A stretch of DNA of 63,045 nucleotides, the filler included, from Octopus bimaculoides (Eukaryota): NCBI RefSeq assembly GCF_001194135.2. It is 5 parts of 4 records of this genome, joined end to end, with 100 filler letters (N's around TTAATTAATTAA, not from the genome) between each part and the next. Parts side by side here need not be neighbours in the genome. Positions count along the whole stretch, not along the records: positions 7,596 to 22,666 come from NC_068994.1; positions 22,767 to 30,085 come from NC_068984.1; 3 more parts are not named here. One strand, given 5' to 3'. Under the pieces are notes generated by a model. It worked only from the letters and a program-made list of their open reading frames with translations. It did not search any database and was not told where the DNA came from. Made by a program: the position numbers and the translations under genes. Shown here in pieces: positions 12,810 to 25,747 of this stretch. The first letter of the stretch is position 1, and each line of letters begins with the position of its first letter.

Positions 12810-12925
12810 AAAATCATGTCAAATAAAACTGGAGTCTGGTGCAGCCTTCCAGCATGCCAGCCCTGGTCAAACTGTCCAACCCATGCCAGCATGGACAACA
12901 GATGCTAAATGATAATGATGATGAT
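12810..12925 (+). mobile_element. Repeat family D ((gat)n-tailed, LINE-3'-like/SINE) fragment
   Basis: Reverse complement of the catcatcgtttaacgtcc...catgctagcatgggttgga unit. Other copies are at 13775-13955, 15903-16145, 21450-21585, 21838-21882, 22451-22666 and 48770-48870. Confidence 0.7.
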
Positions 12926-14139
12926 ATTCTCAGCCTATCATCACAATTCCAATATGAGTTTTCTGCTTTGACCATTCCTCTGCCATCTGCTGCTCTCGAA
13001 CAGCACTGTGCAAACTTCAATGTCATCTACTACTTTAATATTCTTGGAATCTCATCTCTAACTTGCCACCACTAACTCCTCTGAAAGGCCACTGAAGAGA
13101 AACCATACAAATTCAATTTAATGATGATGTAATTAAATAATTCCAAATTTGTACGTGTGTGTGTGAATATGGGGTACCCCGTATACAAGTGGTTCTGTGA
13201 ATGAACAAATTGCATAATTTTCTGAAGAAAATTATACTCAATGAACTGTAATTTTGTCAATGGACCATGACTTACTCTTGTATGTTAGTCAGTAGGAGTT
13301 CATATATGAATGATAAGCTAAATGAACAAATTGTGTAGTGAACAGGTTTTCTTAAGACAAATATATTCAGCCAATGCACTGAAATTTGAACAACAAACCA
13401 CATAAAGACACACATGGCTGAGAGAACATGTATAATTCATTAATAGCCATGTAAATTTTCATATTTCATATCGAGAATATTTGTCATATTTTGCTAAAAA
13501 CATTACCATGGATTGACAGAAGCTAGACAAAGAGGAAATAAAATGTATGCATGCACACACACACACACACACATTTATATATTTACTATGATAGATTGAC
13601 GAATAAAACAACATTTCATGTCATGTGCAGCTTGGGTGGGACTTCAAATGGATTACCCTTAGTTACGTGTATTTCAATTACTCATCTAACAAACAATTTG
13701 GTTAATGAACAGGGCTCCAGAATAGATTATATTCATATACAGAGATCCCACTGTGTGTATTTATATATCATCACCATCATCATCATCATCATTGTCATTA
13801 TCATTTAGCGTCCATTTCCCATGCTGACATAGGTTAGATGGTTTGATTGGAACTGATAAGCTACTGAGCTGCATCAGGCTCCAGTCTGCTTTGGCATGGC
13901 CGGATGCCCTTCCTAATGCCAACCACTCCATCAGTGCACTGGGTGCCTTTTAATAGTCCACTTAGTGGTCTCTTTTATATACACAAGTATTATAATCCTT
14001 TTGAGATCTCAGAAATTTTCTTCTGAATCTTCTGATTCTTTTAATGTGCTGGTTTCCTGGTATTAAATTGATATTAATTAATATCAAATTTTTTACCCTA
14101 TTATGTTATATATATATATGTATACACACACACATATAC

Positions 14140-14184
<45 letters not shown>

Positions 14185-15290
14185 NNNNNNNNNNNNNNNN
14201 NNNNNNNNNNNNNNNNNNNNNNNNNNNNNNNNNNNNNNNNNNNNNNNNNNNNNNNNNNNNNNNNNNNNNNNNNNNNNNNNNNNNNNNNNNNNNNNNNNNN
14301 NNNNNNNNNNNNNNNNNNNNNNNNNNNNNNNNNNNNNNNNNNNNNNNNNNNNNNNNNNNNNNNNNNNNNNNNNNNNNNNNNNNNNNNNNNNNNNNNNNNN
14401 NNNNNNNNNNNNNNNNNNNNNNNNNNNNNNNNNNNNNNNNNNNNNNNNNNNNNNNNNNNNNNNNNNNTATATATATATATATATATATATGTACTGATCC
14501 ATGAAAGAAAATTCAACAAAAGAAGTACCCCATCTGGTGAGAGATAAATATTTTTCAATTAAAGGTCACAACACGTGTATCAATGCACTCCTAATAGTTT
14601 CATATGTTGAGAAAACTCAAATATATTCTTCAGGCACAAACCACATATAACGATTCATTGCGGCCGTTTCAAGTGACTCCTTCAATTGATTAATGAAAAC
14701 ATTACATCATTTGAAAGAAGCTGCATAGACTTCAGACGTAAAGAACAACCATTTCCTTAATAGATTCACATCAATTATGGAACTCAAAGCATTTAGATTG
14801 TTTCTTTTGTCATACCTGTGACAGAACGAGTTTAGGAAATAATACATACTTTGTTAAGTCTATTATAATTTAGGGAGTGGCAGAGAAAATAGTAGGGATC
14901 AGGATAAGTGGGGCCACCACTCTTTTTATCTTTATATATACATATAAGTTCAGGTCCCCTAATTTGTGTTCAGGTGAGTAGTTAACCAGATGCTTTATGT
15001 TACTGACCCCAGAAAAGATAAAAGTTGCCTCAGTGAGATTTGAACCCTCAACATTGGTATGTGGCGATGCTGGGGCACCACCTTAAAAGGTTTAGTTGAG
15101 TACATTGACCCATTGACCCCAATACTTAATTTATGTTTTTTTAAAGTCTGGTACTAATTCTCTGCTTGGACTGGTAAGTTATGAGGGCGTAAACAAACAA
15201 TGATTGTCGAGTAGCGGGGTGGGGGAGGAACAGACATTAATACAAAGACACAGACACACACACACACATACACATATGAATGATAGGCAC

Positions 15291-15451
15291 TGATGTGGAT
15301 GTGTGGTAAGAAGTTTGCTTCCCAGCCACATGGTTTTTGGTTCAGTCCCACTGCATGGCACCTTAAGAAAGTGTTTTCTACCACAGATCTGGACCAATCA
15401 AAGCCTTATGAATAGATTTGGTAGTCGGAAACTGAAAGAAGCTTGTTGTTG

Positions 15452-15492
<41 letters not shown>

Positions 15493-15600
15493 CCTTGTTT
15501 TGACATTATGTGAGAGTTGTAAGTGAGCATCTCTGTCATACAAGCAGTGTTGTTCATTTCCAACATTTTGCATAAACACGTCTGGCCATTACTATTATTA
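15291..15600 (+). mobile_element. tRNA-derived SINE family A, 5' part
   Basis: Head gtgtggtaagaag.ttgcttcc..ccacatgg...ggttcagtcccactg with A/B-box-like motifs, followed by ggaaactgaaagaagc and (tg)n. Confidence 0.75.
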
Positions 15601-15902
15601 CATGTTTGGCCATTGATATATTCATAAATAATTATTAATCGTTTATGATGTATCCTTCGTAATGTATTTTTACATTCGTTTTTAATTATATATATATAAT
15701 ATTTATAAACAAACCAGAAGGTTTTGTAAGTTAGAGAGAGATAAAGCAACTATGGAAGTCTATTAGTATTGGAAGTCTGTTGGCCCAATTGGTTATACAA
15801 GGAGTCGTGTAAGCATTGATTTGTGGGTTCAATTTTCGCTTGGGTTAGCTCATCATTTTTCAGTCAATTATTTATATATAAATGTAGCTTTAAGTCGGAG
15901 AA

Positions 15903-16145
15903 TCATCATCATCATCATCATCGTTTAACGTCCGCTTTCCATGCTAGCATGGGTTGGATGATTTGACTGAGGACTGGTGAAACCGGATGGCAACACCAGG
16001 CTCCAATCTAAATTTGGCAGAGTTTCTACAGCTGGATGCCCTTCCTAACGCCAACCACTCAGAGAGTGTAGTAGGTGCTTTTACGTGTCACCCGCACGAA
16101 GGCCAGTCAGGCGATACTGGCAACGGCCACGCTCGAAATGGTGGC
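15903..16145 (-). mobile_element. Repeat family D, young copy
   Basis: Near-identical over ~180 bp to 22451-22666. The (cat)n run at the left end is the tail. Confidence 0.8.
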
Positions 16146-16159
16146 CACAGTGGACTTCT

Positions 16160-16290
16160 TTTATTTTCCTTCTACCAAATCCACTGACAAAGCATTGGTT
16201 AGCCTGGGGCTATAGTAGAAGACCTTGCCCAAGGACTGAACCCAAAACCATGTGGCTAGGAAGCAAACTTCTTCCCATCCAGCCATGCCA
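16160..16290 (-). mobile_element. SINE family A head
   Basis: Reverse complement of the family A head (ctaccaaatccac...gactgaaccc..accatgtgg). Confidence 0.7.
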
Positions 16291-16534
16291 GTGCCTTCTA
16301 TAATACAGGTGAAGAAAGAGGTAGTAATATAAACGTAGTCACACAACTTCCACTGTAAACAATACAAGTCATACAACCTCGCCCTCTACTATGTGGTCAT
16401 GGTAGGAATGTCAATCATCACAGGTGTGTCCTAAGGTTAAACAAAATACCTATTATACTACTACCAATACATCTCTTTAGTTTCTATTCATACTAGCACC
16501 CATACTAATATTTATACTGTCATTTCGTGGCAAT

Positions 16535-16662
16535 CCTTCGATATTGGTACATGACGTCATTCACCCCGGACCCTAACCTTTCCTTATGACATAAAGAGGC
16601 TGAAAAAGGGGATGAATGACGTCGTCTCCTCACACCGACACTCTGTAGACCAATACCGAAGG
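16535..16662. repeat. Imperfect inverted repeat (two-segment hairpin)
   Basis: ccttcgatattggtaca pairs with tgtagaccaataccgaagg, and gacgtcattcacccc pairs with ggggatgaatgacgtc. Confidence 0.7.
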
Positions 16663-17669
16663 AACTCTCATTTCTCTACTACTGTTTCTCCTACATAAGA
16701 ATACTATCATACATTATCTAAATTACTACGACCTATACAACTACCTCTGGTCTTTCTATAACTGCCACTCCTGGCGTTACCTTTACCACCACCACCACCA
16801 CCATTTCCACTACCACCGTCATCACTCTACCATCTCATCACCACTATCACCAACACCACCACTTCAACCCCTCCACCCCCACGCTCTTCACTACTGTTAT
16901 CACCACCAAACACCACTGTCTCTGTTACCACCACCACCACCACGTCAGTAAACAGCTCGCCCAACACGTCACCACCACTACCACCGCCGCCGCCTCCGCC
17001 GCCGCCAGCAACAACAACAGCAACAACGACAGCCCCCACCCTGACATAAGCAACAGCAGCAGCCAAGAAAGACAACACACACACACACACATAAATAATT
17101 ATATATTAACATACACTCATACGTGTANNNNNNNNNNNNNNNNNNNNNNNNNNNNNNNNNNNNNNNNNNNNNNNNNNNNNNNNNNNNNNNNNNNNNNNNN
17201 NNNNNNNNNNNNNNNNNNNNNNNNNNNNNNNNNNNNNNNNNNNNNNNNNNNNNNNNNNNNNNNNNNNNNNNNNNNNNNNNNNNNNNNNNNNNNNNNNNNN
17301 NNNNNNNNNNNNNNNNNNNNNNNNNNNNNNNNNNNNNNNNNNNNNNNNNNNNNNNNNNNNNNNNNNNNNNNNNNNNNNNNNNNNNNNNNNNNNNNNNNNN
17401 NNNNNNNNNNNNNNNNNNNNNNNNNNNNNNNNNNNNNNNNNNNNNNNNNNNNNNNNNNNNNNNNNNNNNNNNNNNNNNNNNNNNNNNNNNNNNNNNNNNN
17501 NNNNAATTACTGTTACAACAATCATACATAAAAATAACAAGAAGAATAGTTATTTCGAGATTGTTGTTGTTGTTGTGGTCATTTAAGTGGGAATCAGAAG
17601 TTTGGGCAGTTTGTCGTGTGGGTCTGGGTGTGTGTGTGTGTCTGTCTGTCTATATATATATATATATAT

Positions 17670-17715
<46 letters not shown>

Positions 17716-17772
17716 TTGTGTGTGTGTGTTTCTGTTTAGTGTGTGTGTTTGTAATGGTGTGTGGTCGGTGAA

Positions 17773-17854
17773 ATGGAACGACGAGACAGCAGTGTGGATT
17801 ATATACAAACGTCGGTTGATCTGGAGAACAACATCTCCTACAACAATGCAACAG
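17773..17854 (+). other. Candidate small exon: ATG-initiated 27 codons ending at a consensus splice donor
   Basis: gaaATGg context, MERRDSSVDYIQTSVDLENNISYNNAT, then CAG|GTAAGA. It is unique sequence between microsatellites. No homology was recognised. Confidence 0.3.
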
Positions 17855-18354
17855 GTAAGAAAGACTTGACCATATACACGCATACATACGCACAGCACAA
17901 CATACATACAAACACACACACACACACATAAATAATTATATATTAACATACACTCATACGTGTAGACTTACACATACATACACAGGCCCAATGATGAGAG
18001 TCCTGGGGATATATCACACCTGGCTATATGAATTACCTGGCTTTTGAAACTCTGGTGTGTATATATATATATATGTAAACACATACACAATGAAGACTAC
18101 AATCCCGTGAAAGGAAGTTTCCCATTCAAAGTACGAAAAGTATTTTGTACACACTGATAAGATTTGAAATTCCACTCACACACCTTGTGTGTGTGTGGTA
18201 TTGGTGTTGATTAATTTGTGATAAAATAAGACGTTTACTAATGGTGGGACTCTAAACACACTCAGGGTCAGGTTTATAAATTATTTTGATTTGACTAAGA
18301 CTTCAAACTTTGTCTTATTCCTGAAAACAGGATCTTAGAGAATACATACATACA

Positions 18355-18388
<34 letters not shown>

Positions 18389-18509
18389 CATGTATTGTAT
18401 TGTATGTATTTGTCTATCTATATACATGTGTGTGTATATATAGGTGTGTGTGTGTGTGTGTGTGTTTGTGTTTATATATTTATTTATAAGTTTTTCTCTT
18501 AATTCTTGG

Positions 18510-18720
18510 AGCCGGCAGAATGGTTAGCAGGCTGGGTGAAATGCCAAATGGCATTTTGTCTGTCTTCATGTTTGACTTCAAATTCCATCAAGGTTGACTT
18601 TGACTTTCATCCTCTCGGGGTTTGATAAATTAAGCACCAGTGAAACACTGGGGTTGATGTCATCGACTTACCCCGCCGCCTACGAATTTCAGGCCTTGTG
18701 CCTATTGTAGAAAGGATTAT
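18510..18720 (+). mobile_element. SINE family B
   Basis: gagccggcagaatggttagc head, ttcaaattcc B-box-like motif, conserved central domain and ggccttgtgcc tail. Confidence 0.75.
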
Positions 18721-19669
18721 TACTATATTTGCACCCTCAGGTTAGTCATTAAAACATTGGGTTAAATGCTGGACAATATTTTGTTGTAGCGCTTTAGATC
18801 ACTTCCTGTCAAGGTTAAGTTCGCCTTTCATCCTTCCAACATCGAATCTACAAATTCCCTCCTCTCAAAACCCTTCTAACTAGATCAACAATCATTATTA
18901 AACTAGTGCATTCATCTTAGCTGTTATAGTCACAACATTTTGGCCAACATTCTCTCCACCCTGATCAAAGTACCTGTCATAATTTTGTAATACCCTATCA
19001 ATTGTGACCCAAGCCCTATACTGGGGACGGATTGTTTTCTTGTTTTCATTTTCCTATACCCATGCTAGGGTTATTCCCATATTACTTACTCACACACTCG
19101 TAATGCCACTTGTTGATTCTCTTTCAACCAGTATGTACTTGTAGACTCGCTAAGTAAACAACGCAGAATAATAGTTGACATTTAATCACCGATTATTATG
19201 TACAGTAAGACATTGACCATTGGATAGTTAGGTGTGGAAATGAGGTGGATGAAATCTAGCCTTTACATTTTCTTTAATGGCCCTAGGCTTAATGGTCTTT
19301 CTCAATGAAACCCCCGCCATATGGTGTTTGCCCTCTACAGAGCCAACTGAGAGGTTTACAAGAGCTGATCGTATGTCCTTATTCTTTTGGTTATATTATC
19401 TTCTCATGGTGTTCCTCATCGTTTAGATTTTGTCCCCAAATGGTTGATAAAGTGTAAAATACTAAGTGCTGCCACTTATTTGGTGGGCATGAGTTCAATC
19501 CCTAGATGAATGAATCCCTATACGTGGGTTGTGTAGAAAGTAAAGCAAAAGTAGGCATAACTTTAGGATTAACTGAGATCCTTCAAATCCCATATGTTGG
19601 TAGAGTCATTCTTCCTCTTGACACACGTACCACCCAACATAATAATCACCAACATAAAAATAGCTTTTA

Positions 19670-20310
19670 CACCACTTAATATAGTTTTCTTTGTGAGTAA
19701 TACATTCGTGCCATTGTTGAACTTATCTCTTGAATCTTCTTGCATGAAACTTCCGCTCTGCACTGTTGTACCGATTTCCTCATTTGTCTGTGTTATCAAC
19801 TTGTTGATCCCAAAGACTATTCATTGCACCAAAGACATGGAAGTTAGGAGGCACCAGATCTGGCTGATGTGGTGGAGGGGGAGCCACTGGCCAACCCAGT
19901 TTGTCAAAAGCCTGATTTGTTACCAAAATGAATATAGTTACACATTGTCATGTGAATGTGGATTGTTTTCAGGATTTTGTTTGGTCTCTTCCTCGCAATG
20001 GCTTCTCTAAGTTTTTTGAGTGTCTCAAAGTGCCGCTCTCTATTCACAATACAGTCACGTTTCAGAAAATGTAGGAAAATAATGCCTTTGTTGTTGTCAA
20101 AAAAACAGCTGCTGTGACTTCCTGTGTCAGTCACTCACTTTTGAACTTCTTATACCTTGGAGAAGATGTGTAACCTCATTCCATGGGCTGAACCTTTGTT
20201 TCTGGATCATAAAGACATGACCACACTTCATCCCTTGTCTAAAGATATGTAGACAAAAGCAAAGCCATGTCTTTATTAGCTTCAGTTATTTCCAGCAAAC
20301 CAGATTAGGC
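19670..20310 (-). mobile_element. Decayed mariner (DD34D-type) transposase fragment
   Basis: TRDEVWSCLYDPETKVQPME, FFDNNKGIIFLHFL...ETLKKLREAIARKRP, LGWPVAPPPPHQPDLVPPNFHVFG (~HPPYSPDLAPSDFHLFG) and QQWHECITHKENYI. Confidence 0.75.
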
Positions 20311-20339
20311 TTGCACCTCTCTTTCCTTCTTCCAATCGG

Positions 20340-20980
20340 TCGTCAGCCATCAAGGGACCCACTTTGCACATATTTTCTGATATCTATTTTACCATCTTCT
20401 ACAGTAATTGTGGTAGGCATCCATCAATCTCGAGGGACCATGGATTTGCACCTGAAGAAACTGCTGAAGGTGGTGCAGCATCTGCTCTGGCTGTCGAGGC
20501 CCACACAGGAGTGGCAGTCATGCATGGAGAGACTGCATTTGAAGGAGCTCTCTGCCACTGCTACTGGTTTTTCCTTTTGTCGAGTGCACTTTTCTTTGGT
20601 GGAAAGTCCCTGTTTCTCTTCCCCTCTTTTCATCCCCTTTCGCAGTATTTGTCTCCAGTGTGGGCAACCATTAATGGCCTCCTCCCATCTCAGGACATCC
20701 AGGTCTATCGACTTCAAATCTCTTTTGCAGGCATCCATGAAACACAGATGAGGTAGTCCTCGTGCTCGTGCCAGTCACCAAATCCCCGTGCGGGAGGTCT
20801 TTTGGGATCCTCCCATCCGGCATGTGATGCACATGACTGAGGACTGCTGCTGTCCCAATACCCCCACCTCGCAGAATGCACCGGATGCTTTTTTTTTTAT
20901 GTGGCACTGGCACTAGTGAGGTCACCAAGAAGCTCACAAGACAAGAGCCCCATCTCAACTAGTGGGGCAGGTGGGGAGTA
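20340..20980 (-). mobile_element. RTE-clade LINE 3' fragment
   Basis: HVHHMPDGRIPKDLPHGDLVTG...FMDACKRDLKSIDLDVLRWEE...WRQILRKG, followed by a terminal Cys/His motif FKCSLSMHDCHSCVGL. Confidence 0.85.
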
Positions 20981-21881
20981 GTATCGAAAGAAGTGGCTTT
21001 ATGTCAGGTGATGAGAGGTGAAAGTATGATAGAGGAATGGGGATAGATGTGTTGTTGCAGGGAGGGGTACATGCTTACCCCAACTGGAAGAGGAAGAAGA
21101 TGGTGGCAAAGATGTAGCAAGTTGCAAGAAAAGGAATTTAAGAAAATCGGTTTTGATGGGTAAAAGAGAGTCGACAGGAGTGTAAAGAAGAACGGCAAGT
21201 TCGAGAGATCAATACACATAAATGTTACCAAAGTAATTGAAGGACAGAGGCTTATATATATGGCATTTATTGAACTAACTTCAAATCTGGAAGCTTGTAA
21301 TTCTCTGTAGACTCCCAGGTTTGAAATCAGTTTCCTTGCTTTCTGCTGATTAAAAGAAGTAAAAATTAAATGTATATACTCATTCATTGAGTTCTATTTC
21401 TCCTGTTCATTCTACAAAACCAATATATTATATATCATATATATCATCGTCATTGTCATTTAACGTTCATTTTCCATGCTGGCATGGGTTGGATGGTTTG
21501 ACTGAGGACTGGCAAGCCGGGAGGTTGCACCAGGCTCCAATCTGATTTGGCAAGGTTTCTACAGCTGGAATCTCTTCCTAACACCTATAATTCTTTAACA
21601 AGCATATTATATATTATTTTTAAAAAAGAATATTATTGGCAGTGACTTCGAAGTCTGACGATGGCTTGGCTGGCCAAAACATTGAAGTCACTGACAAGAA
21701 TATTCATGTTTCTCAATAATAAATTTTTACCCTGCAGAAGTATAGAGTTACTCATTAGATTAATATTTTTTAAAAATAGCTTTTATTAGAACTGAACATA
21801 AAAACTAACATCTATGTTTGTCTATATATATATTGTCCCACACATGCCAGCATGGAAGGCAGATGTTAAACGATGATGATG

Positions 21882-21917
<36 letters not shown>

Positions 21918-22215
21918 GCAGCATGTATTAGATAATCCAAGATAATCTAAAATAAATTAAATATAGTTAGTGTCCAGTTTATAAAAGCCATTCTGTAGAA
22001 ATTAATCAGATATGAGTGTATCTTGTTACTTTTTGTTACACTCATGAACACAAAGTGGACAATCTTGATGTTTCATGGCTCAGTGACCATTTCTCAGAAT
22101 ATATTCATATATATTCTTTATTCTTCTGATTACAAACAGGCTAATAAGACATGCTTATGTGTGGGTGGGTGTAAGTGGGGGGTGGGGTGGAGTGGGGTGC
22201 AAATGTGCTTGTGTG

Positions 22216-22258
<43 letters not shown>

Positions 22259-22267
22259 GTAGATATC

Positions 22268-22666
22268 CAGGTGTGGCTGTGTGGTAAGAATAGGCGCAGA
22301 CGTAACTTTGTAGTAATAAGCTTCCTTCCCAACCACATGGTTCCGGGTTCAGTTGCACTGTATGACACCTTGGGTAAGAGTTTTATACTATGGGCTCCGG
22401 TCGCCCAAAGCCTTGTGGGTGGGTTTGGCAGACAGAAACTGAAAGAAGCCTCATCATCGTTTAACGTCCGCTTTCCATGCTAGCATGGGTTGGACGATTT
22501 GACTGAGGACTGGTGAAACCGGATGGCAACACCAGGCTCCAGTCTGATTTGGCAGAGTTTCTACAGCTGGATGCCCTTCCTAACGCCAACCACTCAGAGA
22601 GTGTAGTGGGTGCTTTTACGTGTCACCCGCACAAAAACGGCCACGCTCGAAATGGTGTCTTTTATG
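22268..22666 (+). mobile_element. SINE family A head (22268-22450) interrupted by a family D copy (22451-22666)
   Basis: Family A sequence stops at gaaagaagcc and is followed directly by tcatcatcgtttaacgtcc. Confidence 0.75.
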
Positions 22667-22984
22667 NNNNNNNNNNNNNNNNNNNNNNNNNNNNNNNNNN
22701 NNNNNNNNNNTTAATTAATTAANNNNNNNNNNNNNNNNNNNNNNNNNNNNNNNNNNNNNNNNNNNNTCAAGACCCATCAAAGAAGACCTTATGCCAGTCG
22801 TCCACAACATTTTCACATTACAATAAACCTCTACAACCCTCTCCCTTTTTTCATATTCATATAAATTTTTTTTAAACCCAGTTTTCTAAAAATTTAATGA
22901 AATCTAAACATGATCCTTTCTTTGGTGAAATCCTTATTCCTCAGTTTTTGTTTACAATAAATGTTGCATTGGAGCTCTCATGTG

Positions 22985-23290
22985 ACAGCACATAGCTTAA
23001 TGGTTAGGATATTCAGCTCATGATCACAAAGTCGTGAGTTCAATTCCTGGCCTTGCGTTGCGTCCTTGTGCAGAACATCTTATTTCATGTTGCTCCACTC
23101 CACTCAGCTGGTAAAAATGAGTTCTACTTATATTTCAGGGAGCCAGCCTTGTTGCATTCTATGTCATGCTGAATCTCCCCAAGGACTAAGTTGCGGGCAC
23201 ACATGTTTGTGGAATACTCAACCACTTGCTCATTCATTTCATGATCAGACTGTTTAGTTGATTTGATCAACTGGAACAGTCATTGTCATA
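22985..23290 (+). mobile_element. tRNA-derived SINE family E
   Basis: A-box tagcttaatgg and B-box gagttcaattcc. The body is homologous to the reverse complement of 48494-48630, and a related head lies at 39855-40110. Confidence 0.75.
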
Positions 23291-23572
23291 AGGCAATTTT
23301 GGTCAAATATTTGAAAAGAGAAAGATTTAGTTTTTGAGACTGTTTTAGAATTATACCATGCCTCATAAATTGGGAACCACTTTCTTATGCAGAAATAACA
23401 ACCAAAATGTCTCCAAATAACACTCAAATATTTTAAGAAGGACACATTAGATAATGTGGTCTTAGTTACAAAATATCTGAAATTAAACATGATAGTAATG
23501 GGTGGAAGACAAGCCTTTGACTGTAGTTCCACAGGTTTGGGGCTGACCATAGGGTAAACAAAAAGTCATATA

Positions 23573-23730
23573 CAGGGTGTTCAGGCTAAATTTTTATGTC
23601 TCTTCCTTTACAGGAAAAGTTTGATGTATTGGTGAACAGACAGCAGCATTTTAGAGTCCAAACATTAAAGTTGTGGTTGAGAAAACCTTAGCTGAGATGG
23701 AGGACTGGAAGCCATCTGAATATTGGAAAA
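23573..23730 (+). mobile_element. Tc1/mariner (maT-like) left end fragment
   Basis: TA + cagggtgttcaggctaaattt TIR-like end, homologous to 28800-28950, leading into MEDWKPSE. Confidence 0.55.
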
Positions 23731-23746
23731 GAATTACTTGTATACT

Positions 23747-24147
23747 CTTTTACTCGTTTCAGTCATTTGACTGTGGCCATGCTGGAGCACTGCCTTTAGT
23801 CAAGCAAATCAACCCAGGACTTATTCTTTGTAAGCCTGGTACTTATTCTATCGGTCTCTTTTGCCAAACCGCTAAGTTACGGGGATGTAAACACACCAGC
23901 ATCGGTTGTCAAGCGATGGTGGGGGGACAAACACAGACACACAAACATATACATACACACATACATACATATATACATTTATACGATGAGCTTCCTTCAG
24001 TTTCCGTCTACCAAATCCACTCACAAGGCTTTGGTCGGCCCGAGGCTTTAGTAGAAGACACTTGCCCAAGATGCCACGCAGTGGGACTGAACCCGGGACC
24101 ATGTGGTTGGTAAGCAAGCTACTTACCACACAGCCACTCCTACGCCT
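23747..24147 (-). mobile_element. SINE family A, full length
   Basis: Complete head-to-tail match, with an internal (ca/ta)n tract, to copies at 25376-25747(-), 27997-28400(+), 46860-47252(+) and 53338-53736(+). Confidence 0.85.
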
Positions 24148-25375
24148 ATAATTTGGTTATAATGTTACTGTGTTACTGATTTTTTTTTTAATGCAAGCAC
24201 ATTTAGAGGAATGTTGTCATAATACTGTTGTTTAGCTGATGGTCAACTCACATCAAGTCAACCAGACAATCAAAAGTATTCAAGCCATCCTCATTCTTAC
24301 ATACATGACGTATATCTTGGACTACATTAAGCAATGTATCTCCTTGTTATTTTAGCTAGCACTAGACTGAGAGGGATTTGACTGCTATTTCTAGCAACTT
24401 TATCAACCACTTAGAATCCCTCTTGTTGGCTGGCTTCTTTGTTGCTATATTTTGTTGATTTGTGAGTATTAGATATTTGTGAAGAGCTGAATAGCTTATT
24501 CTTAAGCTAGGATTTACATTAATCCATCACTGTCTATTGTTATTGTATTGTTTACAACCTCTTTCTCCTCTCCTCTTAATATGGTTTGCTTGTTTCTTTC
24601 TCTTTCTTTTTTCTTTTCATTATTCACCTTTGCATTCCAGGGAGATGTGTGGTTCAGCAATTTTTGATTATATATAAACACACATACCAGTTTAGTGCTG
24701 TGGCAAATTTTCTTTTCTTCTGTCGCTGTCTATCTGTCTGTCTATCTGTCTATCTGTCTGTCTGTCTATATGTCTATCTGTCTGTCTGTCTGTGTCTATC
24801 TGTCTGTCTGTGTCTATCTGTCTGTCTCTGTCAATCTGTCTGTCTCTGTTTATCTGTCTGTCTCTGTCTATCTGTCTGTCTCTGTCTATCTGTCTGTCTG
24901 TTTCTCTCTTTCTCTCTCTCTCTCTNNNNNNNNNNNNNNNNNNNNNNNNNNNNNNNNNNNNNNNNNNNNNNNNNNNNNNNNNNNNNNNNNNNNNNNNNNN
25001 NNNNNNNNNNNNNNNNNNNNNNNNNNNNNNNNNNNNNNNNNNNNNNNNNNNNNNNNNNNNNNNNNNNNNNNNNNNNNNNNNNNNNNNNNNNNNNNNNNNN
25101 NNNNNNNNNNNNNNNNNNNNNNNNNNNNNNNNNNNNNNNNNNNNNNNNNNNNNNNNNNNNNNNNNNNNNNNNNNNNNNNNNNNNNNNNNNNNNNNNNNNN
25201 NNNNNNNNNNNNNNNNNNNNNNNNNNNNNNNNNNNNNNNNNNNNNNNNNNNNNNNNNNNNNNNNNNNNNNNNNNNNNNNNNNNNNNNNNNNNNNNNNNNN
25301 NNNNNNNNNNNNNNNNNNNNNNNNNNNNNNNNNNNNNNNNNNNNNNNNNNNNNNNNNNATATATAAATATTCTTT

Positions 25376-25747
25376 TTTTTATTTGTTTCAGTCATTTGAC
25401 TGTGGCCATGATGGAGCACTGCCTTTAGTTGAATAAATCGACCCCAGAACTTATTCTTTGTAAGCCTAGTACTTATTCTATCGGTCTCTTTTGCTGAACC
25501 CTAAGTTACGGGGATGTAAACGCACCAACATCAGTTGTCAAAGGATGGTGGGGGGACAAACAGAGACACACAACACACACATATGACAGACTTCTTTCAG
25601 TTTCTGTCTAACAAATCCACTCGCAAAGGTTTGTTTGGCCCGAGGTTAAAGTAGAAGAGACTTGCCCAATGTGCCATGCAGTGGGACTGAACCCAGAACT
25701 ATGTGGTTAGTAAGCAAGCTACTTACCACACAGCCACTCCTGTGCCT
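25376..25747 (-). mobile_element. SINE family A, full length
   Basis: Highly similar to 23747-24147. Confidence 0.85.

Noticed and set aside
16760-17070. Pro/Thr/His-rich reading frames in the (acc)n/(ccg)n tract
   Set aside because: Low complexity, with no start or splice context and no recognisable domain. The neighbouring assembly is also doubtful.
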